From: a virus
Lineage: Duplodnaviria; Caudoviricetes
Reading direction: 5' to 3' (one strand)
Virus record (IMG/VR): IMGVR_UViG_3300028591_000090
Coordinates: 32,001 to 96,000 of that record
DNA: 64,000 bases
In this document: positions 45,617 through 55,845 of the stretch, one piece after another
How positions within the stretch are numbered: the first letter of the stretch is position 1
Layout: each line of letters begins with the position of its first letter
Program-made: the position numbers and the translations under genes
The notes under the pieces: generated by a model
What the model saw: only the letters and a program-made list of their open reading frames with translations
Told to the model about the DNA's origin: nothing
Database searches by the model: none

Positions 45617-45675
45617 ATATAAATAAAATAGAATCAATTTATTTTTGATAAATTTAAAAAAATTAGATAAGTTTT

Positions 45676-46047
45676 ATGTCAATAACTTATATCCCTTTAT
45701 TTGAATATTTTACTGTATCACGTAAAAAACTCATTAAAAGAATTTATGAAGAATTAAACGATAGAAAAATTACAAGCAAATTCTATGATGATGAATATTG
45801 GTTAGGTGTAGACGAAGCAATAAAAGCAATAAATTACGCTTGTGAAGAGTTCCATTGTACTTGTGTCGTTACTGTAAAAGACGGTGGATATAAAAAAAAT
45901 AGCGATAGTTCTGGAAAAAGAAAAGAATATAATTTTGAAATACTTGATGAAAATAAAATTGCTATTGCTATTGGTGTTATTATTTGTAGTGCCGCAGGAA
46001 CTCTCGAAGACCCGTTTAGCAGATACGATATAACGGTAAACATGTAA
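45676..46047 (+). CDS. hypothetical protein with IPLFE motif
   Basis: ORF track. Confidence 0.65.
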   Translation: MSITYIPLFEYFTVSRKKLIKRIYEELNDRKITSKFYDDEYWLGVDEAIKAINYACEEFHCTCVVTVKDGGYKKNSDSSGKRKEYNFEILDENKIAIAIGVIICSAAGTLEDPFSRYDITVNM

Positions 46048-46089
46048 AAATTATTTTACGTTAATAAAAAAAACGAATATCTGTTTTTT

Positions 46090-46806
46090 ATGGAAGAAAA
46101 ATACGAGTCCATTGGTAAAAAATATAATGGCGAAAAGGCAATTATTAGTCTAACTTCTTGGAAAGCAAGAATTGATACCGTTGGAAAAACATTATTTAGT
46201 TTATTAGTTAAATGTCCTGGATTTCACATAGTTCTTGTTTTAAGTGAAGAAGAGTTTCCACAAAAAGAAAAAGAATTACCTGATGATTTAATGCTTTTTA
46301 TAAAAAAGAAATTTATTGAAATTCTTTGGGTTTATAAGAATTATAAAAGTTTAAAAAAAGTCCTTTTTACAATGGACAAATATAGAGATGTTCCTGTGAT
46401 TAGTGCAGATGATGATTGTGTATATAAATTTAATTATGCAAAAGACTTTTATGATATTTGGGTAAACCATAAAGATTATTTTATTTGTTATTGGTGTGCA
46501 TATAATGAAAAATATAAGTGTTATAACACATCTGGTTATGCAACATTACACCCACCATATATATACGGAGATTGTTTAAAATATCTAAACAACGATAAAC
46601 TTATAGAATACAATCAAGATGATTTAATATATCTTGCATTAAGAATAAAGAAAGGGTTAAAAAATGTTATATGTTTAAATAAACCATACGAGAAAATTGT
46701 TTGTTCTCACGATGAAATAAAGCCGTTACATGATACATACAGAAAAGATAAATATTTACAAAAAAATACCATAAACGATGTAATAAATTTTATTGTAAAT
46801 AATTAA
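46090..46806 (+). CDS. GT-A glycosyltransferase-like protein (paralog 3)
   Basis: IISLTSW.ARI, ISADDD. Confidence 0.75.
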   Translation: MEEKYESIGKKYNGEKAIISLTSWKARIDTVGKTLFSLLVKCPGFHIVLVLSEEEFPQKEKELPDDLMLFIKKKFIEILWVYKNYKSLKKVLFTMDKYRDVPVISADDDCVYKFNYAKDFYDIWVNHKDYFICYWCAYNEKYKCYNTSGYATLHPPYIYGDCLKYLNNDKLIEYNQDDLIYLALRIKKGLKNVICLNKPYEKIVCSHDEIKPLHDTYRKDKYLQKNTINDVINFIVNN

Positions 46807-46812
46807 AACAAA

Positions 46813-47358
46813 ATGATAAATTTAATAGGAAATAGTTGCTTCTCAAGTTACATAAAAAGAGATTTTTTAAAAGAAGAATTTATAAATCCTTTTGTGTGGT
46901 GTTCAGTAACGGAAACGGATATTCTTAATGTAATAAAGTTTTATGAAGAAATTAATTGGTTTAATTATTCAATTTATCTATATAAAAATAAGACATTCAA
47001 TATACAAAATGTTAAAATAATCGTAGATAATTTATTTACAATAAAATTTCCACACTATGCATTAAGTAATTGTGAAACAAAAATAGATGGTGTTAATGTA
47101 TTTTCTAAAAATATAATTCAATTTGCAGAAGAAAAATATAACAATAGGTGTAAAAAATTATTAAAATATAATATTACTCCAACTTATTTGCTTGGTGGTA
47201 CTTGGGAAGATCAAATAATATATAATGAAAAAGATTTTCTTAAATTTAAAAATATAATAATTGTTAATAATCCACAAATTGTACACGACAATTATAAATT
47301 GGCGTATTGGTTTTGGGAGAACAAAAATCAATTTAAATTTAACATTGAACCAAAATAA
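46813..47358 (+). CDS. DUF1919-like polysaccharide-associated protein
   Basis: IGNSC....I.......NPF.W pattern; cluster context. Confidence 0.45.
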   Translation: MINLIGNSCFSSYIKRDFLKEEFINPFVWCSVTETDILNVIKFYEEINWFNYSIYLYKNKTFNIQNVKIIVDNLFTIKFPHYALSNCETKIDGVNVFSKNIIQFAEEKYNNRCKKLLKYNITPTYLLGGTWEDQIIYNEKDFLKFKNIIIVNNPQIVHDNYKLAYWFWENKNQFKFNIEPK

Positions 47359-48176
47359 AAATCTGTTTTATCGTCTTTATATTTTATATAAGATGCACCA
47401 GGATAAAAAGTTAATTCTCCAAAATAAACTTTATTATTTATTTCGTAAAAATCAACTCTAACAAATTTAAAATCTCTGCTTAATATTTCAGCATATGATT
47501 TCATTGTTTTGAAAGTATAAGGTTCTTTATGAGAAATACTATAATTTGCTTTAAAATCAAGTCTTGATATTTCTGTACATTGATTCCAGTTCATATCGTA
47601 ATAATTTAAATGTTTATTAGAATTATTTCTATCTGATATTATTTGACAAAACATAGGCTTACCATTAAAGCAAAGAAACTTATAATCTAATAAATCTTTA
47701 TTCCCATCAGACATATATTTTTCAATAAAAATTTTTCTCGGAATTAAACTATAACACAATTCATATCCCCACCAAGACCAATCTTTACTTAACCATTCAT
47801 TAAATTTATTTCTTGCTTTTGTTTTATCTATATTACCATTTTTAACTACAATATTCGTATGAGAACCGTGATTTGTTTTTATAACGTAATCTTTTGGCAA
47901 TTTTGAAAAATCTATATCATCAAATTTATCATAGATTCCAATAATAGGAATAGAAATATCTTCTCCTATTTTATTTTTTACATATTCTCTTACTGTTATC
48001 TTATCTGCACAATATGTTTTTAAAAAAGTTGAATCATAAACTTTTAACCATTCAAGTTTTTCGGTGAATCTTTTCGGATTTTCTATATCTGGATAAAAAC
48101 CCATCATTTGTTTATATCTTTCCTTTATATTAGGAATTAATGATTTACAATATTCTAACCATTTATTCTTCTCCAT
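47328..48176 (-). CDS. TupA-like ATP-grasp amidoligase
   Basis: P.RFTEKLEWLK, ADK..VREY, KTNHGS, DYKFLCFNG, VRVDFY, FGELTFYP. Confidence 0.88.
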   Translation of the reverse strand: MEKNKWLEYCKSLIPNIKERYKQMMGFYPDIENPKRFTEKLEWLKVYDSTFLKTYCADKITVREYVKNKIGEDISIPIIGIYDKFDDIDFSKLPKDYVIKTNHGSHTNIVVKNGNIDKTKARNKFNEWLSKDWSWWGYELCYSLIPRKIFIEKYMSDGNKDLLDYKFLCFNGKPMFCQIISDRNNSNKHLNYYDMNWNQCTEISRLDFKANYSISHKEPYTFKTMKSYAEILSRDFKFVRVDFYEINNKVYFGELTFYPGASYIKYKDDKTDFYFGSMLNLN

Positions 48177-48960
48177 AATTAAAAAGCATTTTATATTTCT
48201 CTAATAATTTTGGATATGAAGATAAAACAGCATACATCCAGTTGTCTCTTTTTTCATATCCATTAGCATCTTTTTGATGACTACTTTTACACAACCCCTT
48301 CCATTTACTATTATTTTTATCTATATCTATTCCCCAACCATATCTTAAATGAAATATAGGAATATCATAAAAAACCGTCCACGGCTGAAACCAACATTCG
48401 TCTGAAATAGGAGATGTTTTATCTCTTATTATCTGATTTTCGTTATTTAAAATTTCTTTTGGATATAAAACCGATGGTATCATACTTTGTCCACACCACC
48501 TTACTGTATTTACACTAGGTTCTTCTTCTAAAACACCAGGACCATATATTATTCTTCTTCCTACATATTTATGATAAGGGTACGAATTATAACAAATTAT
48601 ACAATTAGGAAATTTATTATGGTTTTCAACAACTGTTTTTATTAAATCATCAGCATATCTTACATCATCATCTATCAAAAATACCAAATCATTTTCTTTA
48701 GCAATTTTAAAATATTCGTGTCTTTTATGAACGTAAGTATTTTTAGGTAACCAATGTAAGAAAACTTTTGGGTGTTTTATTACTGTTTGTAAATCTTTAG
48801 GTAAATTCTTTTCTTTATTAGGAAATTCTTCTATGCTCAACCATAAATGAATTTCATCTGGCTTTAATGTTTGTTTTGTCAATAATAAAAATATAGATTT
48901 ACTAACATTATTAATTCTTCCAGGATAACTTGTCATTGTTACAATAATTCTCTCTTTCAT
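48163..48960 (-). CDS. GT-A glycosyltransferase-like protein (paralog 4)
   Basis: VTMTSYPGRI, IDDD, SDECW. Confidence 0.75.
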   Translation of the reverse strand: MKERIIVTMTSYPGRINNVSKSIFLLLTKQTLKPDEIHLWLSIEEFPNKEKNLPKDLQTVIKHPKVFLHWLPKNTYVHKRHEYFKIAKENDLVFLIDDDVRYADDLIKTVVENHNKFPNCIICYNSYPYHKYVGRRIIYGPGVLEEEPSVNTVRWCGQSMIPSVLYPKEILNNENQIIRDKTSPISDECWFQPWTVFYDIPIFHLRYGWGIDIDKNNSKWKGLCKSSHQKDANGYEKRDNWMYAVLSSYPKLLEKYKMLFNYGEE

Positions 48961-49919
48961 AATAAGTTACCATATTTTAAAAACCAATTTATAAATTTTT
49001 TTACCCCATCTTCAATCATCACTGATGGTTTATATCTGTAATCTTTTTCGAGCAAAGAACAGTCTGCGTATGTTTTATACACATCTCCTGGTTGCATTGG
49101 CATAAAAATCTTTTCAGATTCTTTACCTAATTCTTTTTCGATAAGAGAAATAAATTCAATTAAATTTATTGGATTTGAACAACCAATATTATATACTTTA
49201 TGTTTATAATCAAGTTCTTTTTTTACAATACTAATAATACCGTTTACAATATCATCAATATAAGTAAAATCACGAATCATATCACCATTATTGAAAACTT
49301 TAATAGGTTTACCATCTGATATAGATTTTGCAAATAACATTGGTGCCATATCTGGTCTTCCCCACGGTCCATATACAGTAAAAAATCTTAATCCTGTACA
49401 TTGTATACCATACAAAGAAGAATAACAAGAAGCCATTAGTTCGTTTGATTTCTTTGTAGCGGCATATAAACTCTGTGGATTGTCTACTTTGTCTTCTTCA
49501 CTAAAAGGAACTTTTTCATTTCCTCCATAAACAGAAGAAGAACTTGCGTATATTAGTCTACGAATATTGTAGTTTCTACAGCATTCTAATATATTAAAGA
49601 ATCCAACAATATTACTTTGGATATACACATCTGGATTCTCAATAGAATATCGTACTCCTGCTTGTGCAGCCAAATTTATAATTAAATCAAATTTTTCTTT
49701 TTCAAATATCTTTGATAAAAATTCTTTATCTTCTATATTTGAAATATATGTTTTAAAATTACTAAATTCTTTTAATATTTCAAGTCTTTTTTCTTTTAAT
49801 TTAACAGAATAATAATTGTTCATATTGTCTATACCGACAATATCATAACCTTGCTCAAGTAAAACCTTACTTAAACTAAAACCAATAAAACCAGAACTTC
49901 CTGTTATTAAAATTTTCAT
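48957..49919 (-). CDS. NAD-dependent UDP-uronate 4-epimerase (CapI-like)
   Basis: TGSSGFIG, LAAQAGVRYS, ASSSSVYG, YAATK, GPWGRPDMA. Confidence 0.92.
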   Translation of the reverse strand: MKILITGSSGFIGFSLSKVLLEQGYDIVGIDNMNNYYSVKLKEKRLEILKEFSNFKTYISNIEDKEFLSKIFEKEKFDLIINLAAQAGVRYSIENPDVYIQSNIVGFFNILECCRNYNIRRLIYASSSSVYGGNEKVPFSEEDKVDNPQSLYAATKKSNELMASCYSSLYGIQCTGLRFFTVYGPWGRPDMAPMLFAKSISDGKPIKVFNNGDMIRDFTYIDDIVNGIISIVKKELDYKHKVYNIGCSNPINLIEFISLIEKELGKESEKIFMPMQPGDVYKTYADCSLLEKDYRYKPSVMIEDGVKKFINWFLKYGNLL

Positions 49920-50125
49920 TATTTTATTTTTTTATCTAACATATCAATAAATTCTTGATACTCTTTTTCAAAAGCATTCACAAGTTCTTCATTTTTCTTT
50001 TCTTCTACTTCCTTTTCTTTACTTTTTGTTGTAAAATTTCTGTTTGTTCTCAATCTGTAATTACAAACTGGAACTATACCATCGTCCATATCGTCATCAG
50101 CAGACGTTACTACTTTTTTCGCCAT
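49919..50125 (-). CDS. small protein sharing FE.EY.EFI motif with the GT8 C-terminus
   Basis: AFEKEYQEFI vs DFEREYLEFI. Confidence 0.6.
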   Translation of the reverse strand: MAKKVVTSADDDMDDGIVPVCNYRLRTNRNFTTKSKEKEVEEKKNEELVNAFEKEYQEFIDMLDKKIK

Positions 50126-50131
50126 TATATT

Positions 50132-51088
50132 TTAATTATTTGATTCTTCGTTTTGTAGACTTGCAATAAATTCAAGGTATTCTCTTTCAAAGTCTTCCAT
50201 TTTAAAAGCAGTTCCTGTTGATGATACGGGTTCTACTTTCTTTGTAATAACAACCCTCTTCTTTTTCTCTTCTTTTGGTTTCTCATATACAACATCAGCC
50301 GGCTTTTTCTCTCTTTCTACCTTAATATGTTTTTTAACGCTTTCATTGTATATGTTTGTCCATTTTTTACCAAATATTTCAAAACCAACAATTGATTCCC
50401 AAGGTTTTTTATTGATAAAATGATAAATACTACCATCAACGTCCATAGTTCTTTTCAATACGTTGAATTTTGACGGTAAAAACGTAATTGCACGGCTAAA
50501 TAATCTTTCATTTAATACTTCATAATCAATACTACCGTATTTATCACCGTATAATTTCATTTTTACTCCAGTATTAAACAAGGAAACATAAAAAGACTTA
50601 CCTAAACTCTTCTTTTCAACAATCATAACACCAGTGTTTATCTTTGTCATTTTTTTTATTCTTGTGTCATAATTATTTCTAAATGAATAGTCGTTTATGA
50701 CTGCACCAAAATTTATCTCTGTTTTAAAAAGAGATTCTATGTTTTCATTAACAATACAATCGCTATCAATATAAAGAATTTTATCGTATTCTGTAAGAAG
50801 GAACATATCAAATTTATATGCACCAACCATTTTTGTCTTTGATGTATGTCCGCTCCAATATGAAAATAGTTTTCGATAATTGGTTTCCTTTACCTCAACA
50901 AATTTTACATTAGAATACATTTCTTTTAGATATTGTTGGTTTTCTTGGCTCAAAGCACATCTGCTTATACCGTGAAGAACAACAAAATCTCCGTTAAACC
51001 ATTCGTTATTTTTTAGAAAAGAATATAATAATGCTTGCGTTCCCTTAATATATTCATCACTAGACAAAGTACAAACTGCGAATTCCAA
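50132..51088 (-). CDS. glycosyltransferase family 8
   Basis: YDKILYIDSD, INTGVM, HFINKKPW. Confidence 0.85.
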   Translation of the reverse strand: MEFAVCTLSSDEYIKGTQALLYSFLKNNEWFNGDFVVLHGISRCALSQENQQYLKEMYSNVKFVEVKETNYRKLFSYWSGHTSKTKMVGAYKFDMFLLTEYDKILYIDSDCIVNENIESLFKTEINFGAVINDYSFRNNYDTRIKKMTKINTGVMIVEKKSLGKSFYVSLFNTGVKMKLYGDKYGSIDYEVLNERLFSRAITFLPSKFNVLKRTMDVDGSIYHFINKKPWESIVGFEIFGKKWTNIYNESVKKHIKVEREKKPADVVYEKPKEEKKKRVVITKKVEPVSSTGTAFKMEDFEREYLEFIASLQNEESNN

Positions 51089-51144
51089 AATAATAGATTA
51101 TTTTAATTACATAACGTAATTCTCTATTATTTAGTTATTTGTTT

Positions 51145-52491
51145 TCAACGTACTATAACGCACATTTTGCTTGCCCTTGTAATTGCTGTATACATAGAAC
51201 GATATTTTGTTGTAATATCCGTCATAGATACATTCATAATATCTGGCTCGTCAACAATAGCACAACTATAGGTACTTCCTTGTGATTTATGAGATGTAAT
51301 CGCATACGCAAAATCAACACTTGCAAATTTTTTCTTTAGGGCATAGGCATCAGAGAATAAACTCTTCTTTTTTAGTCCCTCTTTCTCTTTCTTTGCTTTA
51401 TTGAATCGGGCAGTAACAAGAGCATTATATTTGTATAATGATTCTCTCGCAACAACTCTAATATAGTGGTCGAGACCGATACCCTCTATTTCATAATAGA
51501 ATATTTCCTCACCATCTATTTCTTCTGATTGTTTATCTGCGTGTGTTAGAACAAATTCTGTACTATTTTCAATGATAGTATCACTAATTTCATAGTTATC
51601 CATCATAATCATAAAATCGCCCTCTTCATACTCTTTTACAGCCTCGCCAAAAAGATGTGCACGGATTTGTCTATTGACAATCTCCCTCGTTACATTTCGA
51701 TAGCATATATATTTTATGAGATTCATGTCGTGTCTTTCAAGAGCCTTTTTAAATGTACCGATACAAAGATTAAAGATATTATCTCTATAATCGAAGTATA
51801 ATGCTCCGTTTTCGTCAATGATACTATTCTTTTGTACACCATACAAATAATCTTTTTGTTCCATTACACTATTCCAATATAAATCAGAATATGGCAATAT
51901 TGGCGACTTTTCTCCTTGTCGCAAGCGTTCTGTTAATTTGTAAGTATATTGTGTATCAAAAGTTTTCGATGGTTTTACACTATCAGATACTGGTGGTAAT
52001 TGTCCCAAATCACCACTAAAAATAAGTTTTGCTCTCGATTTTTTATTTTCTAAAATAAATTGCAATGCTTCATTATCAATCATCGAGCATTCATCTATAA
52101 TTATAAGAGTTGCAGAATCAATCGGTCTCAACAATGTCTCACTATATGTTGAATATTCAAATTCTCCAGTTTGTTCGTTGAATTTCATACCAAGCATAGA
52201 AGCGACAGAAAAAAATCCAACAGCCCTTGAGTTTTCTTTACGTGCAACAGAATATTTCTCTCTCAATACATTCTTTGCTTTGTGTGCAATAGCACCAACA
52301 ATGACTGTATGACTATCACAATATTTCTTAATTATCTCAATAAGGACAGTTGTTTTACCAACGCCTGCTTTACCATCAAGTGTAAACCATTGGTCCCCAA
52401 CAATATCTTTATTATCAATAAACTTTGATATTGATTTAATTGCGTCTTTTTGAGACTTCGTTAATTTTAATTTGCCCTTTTTCTTTACCAT
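51145..52491 (-). CDS. dda: SF1B helicase, T4 Dda/RecD-like
   Basis: GKAGVGKT, IIDECSM, GDLGQLPPV, AYAITSHKSQGST, YTAITRA. Confidence 0.88.
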   Translation of the reverse strand: MVKKKGKLKLTKSQKDAIKSISKFIDNKDIVGDQWFTLDGKAGVGKTTVLIEIIKKYCDSHTVIVGAIAHKAKNVLREKYSVARKENSRAVGFFSVASMLGMKFNEQTGEFEYSTYSETLLRPIDSATLIIIDECSMIDNEALQFILENKKSRAKLIFSGDLGQLPPVSDSVKPSKTFDTQYTYKLTERLRQGEKSPILPYSDLYWNSVMEQKDYLYGVQKNSIIDENGALYFDYRDNIFNLCIGTFKKALERHDMNLIKYICYRNVTREIVNRQIRAHLFGEAVKEYEEGDFMIMMDNYEISDTIIENSTEFVLTHADKQSEEIDGEEIFYYEIEGIGLDHYIRVVARESLYKYNALVTARFNKAKKEKEGLKKKSLFSDAYALKKKFASVDFAYAITSHKSQGSTYSCAIVDEPDIMNVSMTDITTKYRSMYTAITRASKMCVIVR

Positions 52492-52504
52492 GTTTCTGTT
52501 TTTT

Positions 52505-52846
52505 TTACCAACAAATACTTCCTTGACATTGATGAGGTATCACAAAACCGTCTTCTTTATAAAAAGGATAATAGTTTCCACATGCTGTTCTTGTTCCACC
52601 ACTATAGTCAATTACATAGATAATCATAACAAACAATGGAGTCTTTTCATCTTCACCGAAAAATAAACGGATACGATATGGTCTTAAAGAATTTTCTTCG
52701 TAATATTCAGAAAATTCATTATTATGTTCATGCTTTGCTTTCATAATAATGACCTCTGTGTCTTCTTTAATAGCAAGTTCACAATCAATTTTTACATCAT
52801 TGTAATCAAAAACCTTACCCCTAAAATTGAATTCTTTTATTTTCAT
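52505..52846 (-). CDS. hypothetical protein
   Basis: ORF track. Confidence 0.6.
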   Translation of the reverse strand: MKIKEFNFRGKVFDYNDVKIDCELAIKEDTEVIIMKAKHEHNNEFSEYYEENSLRPYRIRLFFGEDEKTPLFVMIIYVIDYSGGTRTACGNYYPFYKEDGFVIPHQCQGSICW

Positions 52847-52852
52847 AATTTT

Positions 52853-53443
52853 TTAATTTAAACAATAGTGAAACATTATATTATTTTTCGTTGTATGTTC
52901 TTCAAAATACTTTCTATCAATGTAATCATTGATGCATTTTTGTGCTCTTTCAATTACATCTTCATTTTGCATAATTTCTTCTTTATTATCTTCATATTCC
53001 ATAAAAGCCAAGATAGAATCTAATTTAATACCCCATTGAACATCGTTATCGTCTGCTGACTTTGACAATATTTCAATAGCATTTTTTAATACCTTCATAG
53101 ATTCTTCACGAGAAAGAAATGGATTTAAGCATTTAATTACCTCTACTGGAAGAATATAAAAATTATTTTCTTGAAACAAATATGATACATAACGATTAAT
53201 ATCCTTATTGTATGTAATTGCACCTTTGACTGGACGATTCAAAGAATCGTTCAATTCAAAGATAATATCGCCTTTTTGGAACTCCTTTGATTCAAATACA
53301 ACAGAAATATCTTTAATAGAATATTCTAAAGTTTTCTGGCAATAAAGTGCATCAATCACATCTTTTAAAATGTTCGGATTCTTATAAACATTTGCGTTCT
53401 TAAAAACCGAAGCCATCTGAATATCAAAATCGTTTATTAACAT
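52853..53443 (-). CDS. hypothetical protein
   Basis: ORF track. Confidence 0.65.
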   Translation of the reverse strand: MLINDFDIQMASVFKNANVYKNPNILKDVIDALYCQKTLEYSIKDISVVFESKEFQKGDIIFELNDSLNRPVKGAITYNKDINRYVSYLFQENNFYILPVEVIKCLNPFLSREESMKVLKNAIEILSKSADDNDVQWGIKLDSILAFMEYEDNKEEIMQNEDVIERAQKCINDYIDRKYFEEHTTKNNIMFHYCLN

Positions 53444-53467
53444 AACTCTTAACTTTTAATTAATTTG

Positions 53468-53526
53468 ACAATGCAAATATAAGCATTTTTTTTATACAAG
53501 TCAAGAGTTTTGTTAATTATTTTTCA
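53468..53526. repeat. ~58-bp promoter-containing direct repeat (copy 2 at 53848..53906)
   Basis: acaatgcaaatataagcatttttt..atacaagtcaagagttttgttaattatttttca. Confidence 0.85.
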
Positions 53527-53825
53527 TTTTCTTCTGCGTTTAACCGTGGACATTCGTCACTATAAACAGTAATCGGATACCTATCAAGATTGCTAACGCC
53601 ATTTGAAAGATAATGAGTATAAGTTTTTCCTGTTAGTTCGCATTTACACTCAATCCATGTACTAAAGCCTTCAGAAATTGTTGCTGGGTGACAATGCTTG
53701 CAATGTATGCAGTTATGACTAATATTGTCTATAAAAGATATTGACTTGTCAAGTAACGACATTGCATTACTTAATTCGTCTCTCAACACCGTTAAGTTTT
53801 GTTCAGCAAAGAAATTTGAATCCAT
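53517..53825 (-). CDS. Cys-rich hypothetical protein
   Basis: ORF track; lies between the repeats. Confidence 0.6.
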   Translation of the reverse strand: MDSNFFAEQNLTVLRDELSNAMSLLDKSISFIDNISHNCIHCKHCHPATISEGFSTWIECKCELTGKTYTHYLSNGVSNLDRYPITVYSDECPRLNAEENEK

Positions 53826-53896
53826 ATACTTTTTAATTAAAAATTCAACAATGCAAATATAAGCATTTTTTTAATACAAGTCAAGAGTTTTGTTAA

Positions 53897-54124
53897 TTAT
53901 TTTTCACTTTCTTCTACAATTTCTTCTTCAAACTGTTCTTTTGCAATAACAAGAACACCTTCATTCAAAGGACAATTCTCTAATCTATCTTCTTCTATTA
54001 ACGCTTCGTCAAGTTCAAAGAAACTTTCACTAAATTTCAAATTTGCATAACAAATAATTTTATTATTGCTTACAATACAGAAAGGACATGTACTACATGT
54101 TGTTACTTCAATTTTGTTCATCAT
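53897..54124 (-). CDS. Cys-rich small protein
   Basis: C..CPFC...CPL. Confidence 0.6.
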   Translation of the reverse strand: MMNKIEVTTCSTCPFCIVSNNKIICYANLKFSESFFELDEALIEEDRLENCPLNEGVLVIAKEQFEEEIVEESEK

Positions 54125-54920
54125 ATCTAATAATCTCTAATAATTTAACTCTCATTTTCTTTATTGCCTTTGTCCTTGTGTAATACACATTATTCTTCGA
54201 TAGTCCAAGAATGTCGGCAATTTCTTGTTCTGTATGTTTTGGATAATCGTTCATACCATAATTGTAATTAATGATAATTTTTTCTTTTTCGTCCAAAACG
54301 TCCATACACATTTTTACCAATTCATAATCAAAAGATTTGTCTGCATTTTCTTCTGACGTTAAATATGAAGCGTATTCGCTTTTTTCTTCTTTATCGTCAT
54401 TATATACGTCATTGATACTAAAAGAACGTATTGCGTCAGATACAGAAAATCTTTGAAAAAATTCATTTTCTTCTTTATTTTTATCTTCTTTTACTTTGTC
54501 TTTTATCTTACAAGGAATTTTAACTGGATAAATCGTTCCTTCTTTTAACTTCGACAAATATTTCTCCAAGAAAAAGTTTGCCCAAGAGCGAAATTCTCCA
54601 TTGTTTCTTTCGTAATCATAAGTTTTAAGTGCATCTATAAGAGCAAGATTTCCCTCTGCAACTAAATCATCATATGAAACTTTTGAACCTCCTGCATATC
54701 TCTTTGCATACATTATAACATACTTTAAGTTAGACTTTATAATCTTCCAAAAAGCATCCATATTATTCTCTTTCTTATAAAGATAAAATAATTCTTTTAA
54801 TTCTTCTTTCGATAAAGATTCTGCTTTTATTGCTTCTACATCACTTCTGTATCGAGCATTATTTTCTGTTCTTTCGTAAAATCTACATTCGCTTTTTGTT
54901 CGTCCTAATGTAACTATCAT
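54108..54920 (-). CDS. sigma-70 family RNA polymerase sigma factor
   Basis: SNLKYV..YAKRY, DLVAEGNLAL..A...YD, T.QEIA.ILGLS. Confidence 0.88.
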   Translation of the reverse strand: MIVTLGRTKSECRFYERTENNARYRSDVEAIKAESLSKEELKELFYLYKKENNMDAFWKIIKSNLKYVIMYAKRYAGGSKVSYDDLVAEGNLALIDALKTYDYERNNGEFRSWANFFLEKYLSKLKEGTIYPVKIPCKIKDKVKEDKNKEENEFFQRFSVSDAIRSFSINDVYNDDKEEKSEYASYLTSEENADKSFDYELVKMCMDVLDEKEKIIINYNYGMNDYPKHTEQEIADILGLSKNNVYYTRTKAIKKMRVKLLEIIRYDEQN

Positions 54921-55027
54921 TATTGTCTCGTTTTAAAACGAGACAAAGATACTAATTTTTTACGAAAAAACAAAATATTTTTTGGAAATTGTTTATTTTT
55001 TTTCTATCTTTGCCAAAAACTATAGAT

Positions 55028-55465
55028 ATGTTTGTTGCAGGAGATAAAGAAACAGAAGATATAAATAAAAGAAAAACAGTTATTTACGTAAGGCAAAAAT
55101 TAGGAACTCGTAAAAATGTAGAAGAACGAGCAGAAAACTTGCGTGCATATTTAATTCGTAATGGTATATCTGTTGATATGACATTAACAGATTCAAGTGA
55201 TTTCTTTATATGTAATGCAAAACAAAGACCAAATTTATATAAATTAATTGATTTAATTGAGAACAATAGAGTTAGTACAATATACACCTATTCTCTCAAC
55301 GATATATCAATAGTATTCTTTAGTATATTTGAATATATCTGTAAATTGCATAAAACAAAAATCGTTGCTGTAACATCTACATCTCTATCAGAAGAAGAAA
55401 AACAAGAGGTAAGAATTGGGTTAGGAAAACTAATTGCATATTTCAGAAAAATTTACAATATATGA
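55028..55465 (+). CDS. serine-recombinase (IS607 TnpA-like) catalytic-domain homolog lacking the nucleophile
   Basis: VIYVRQK (cf. YxRVS), D..S......RPNL..LI..I pattern. Confidence 0.55.
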   Translation: MFVAGDKETEDINKRKTVIYVRQKLGTRKNVEERAENLRAYLIRNGISVDMTLTDSSDFFICNAKQRPNLYKLIDLIENNRVSTIYTYSLNDISIVFFSIFEYICKLHKTKIVAVTSTSLSEEEKQEVRIGLGKLIAYFRKIYNI

Positions 55466-55845
55466 GAAAACTGGGAGCAATAGTATTCGACGTTGAATTA
55501 GAATTCATACTTGTTCAAATAAAAAATGAACAATATGATATTCTCACTTTCGATTCCAAAATAGACGGAAAATACGACTCTATTATTGCTATCATAAAAG
55601 CATATATGGACGTTTTTGGTAAGAAAATGGATTGTTGGGAACCAGTTCTTGAGTTTGACGGTATGGAAACATATACAATAAAAACTGATTTAGAAGAACT
55701 TGATATTGATTCTTACGATGATTATGATATTATAAGCATAGAAGACCTAAATAACGTGGATTGTACGCCACGTTTGAAATGGTTTACTTATATGTGTTTG
55801 GATAGGAGTATGCGTAAAAATAAAATTGTAAAAAATCATGAATAA
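55462..55845 (+). CDS. hypothetical protein
   Basis: ORF track. Confidence 0.6.
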   Translation: MRKLGAIVFDVELEFILVQIKNEQYDILTFDSKIDGKYDSIIAIIKAYMDVFGKKMDCWEPVLEFDGMETYTIKTDLEELDIDSYDDYDIISIEDLNNVDCTPRLKWFTYMCLDRSMRKNKIVKNHE

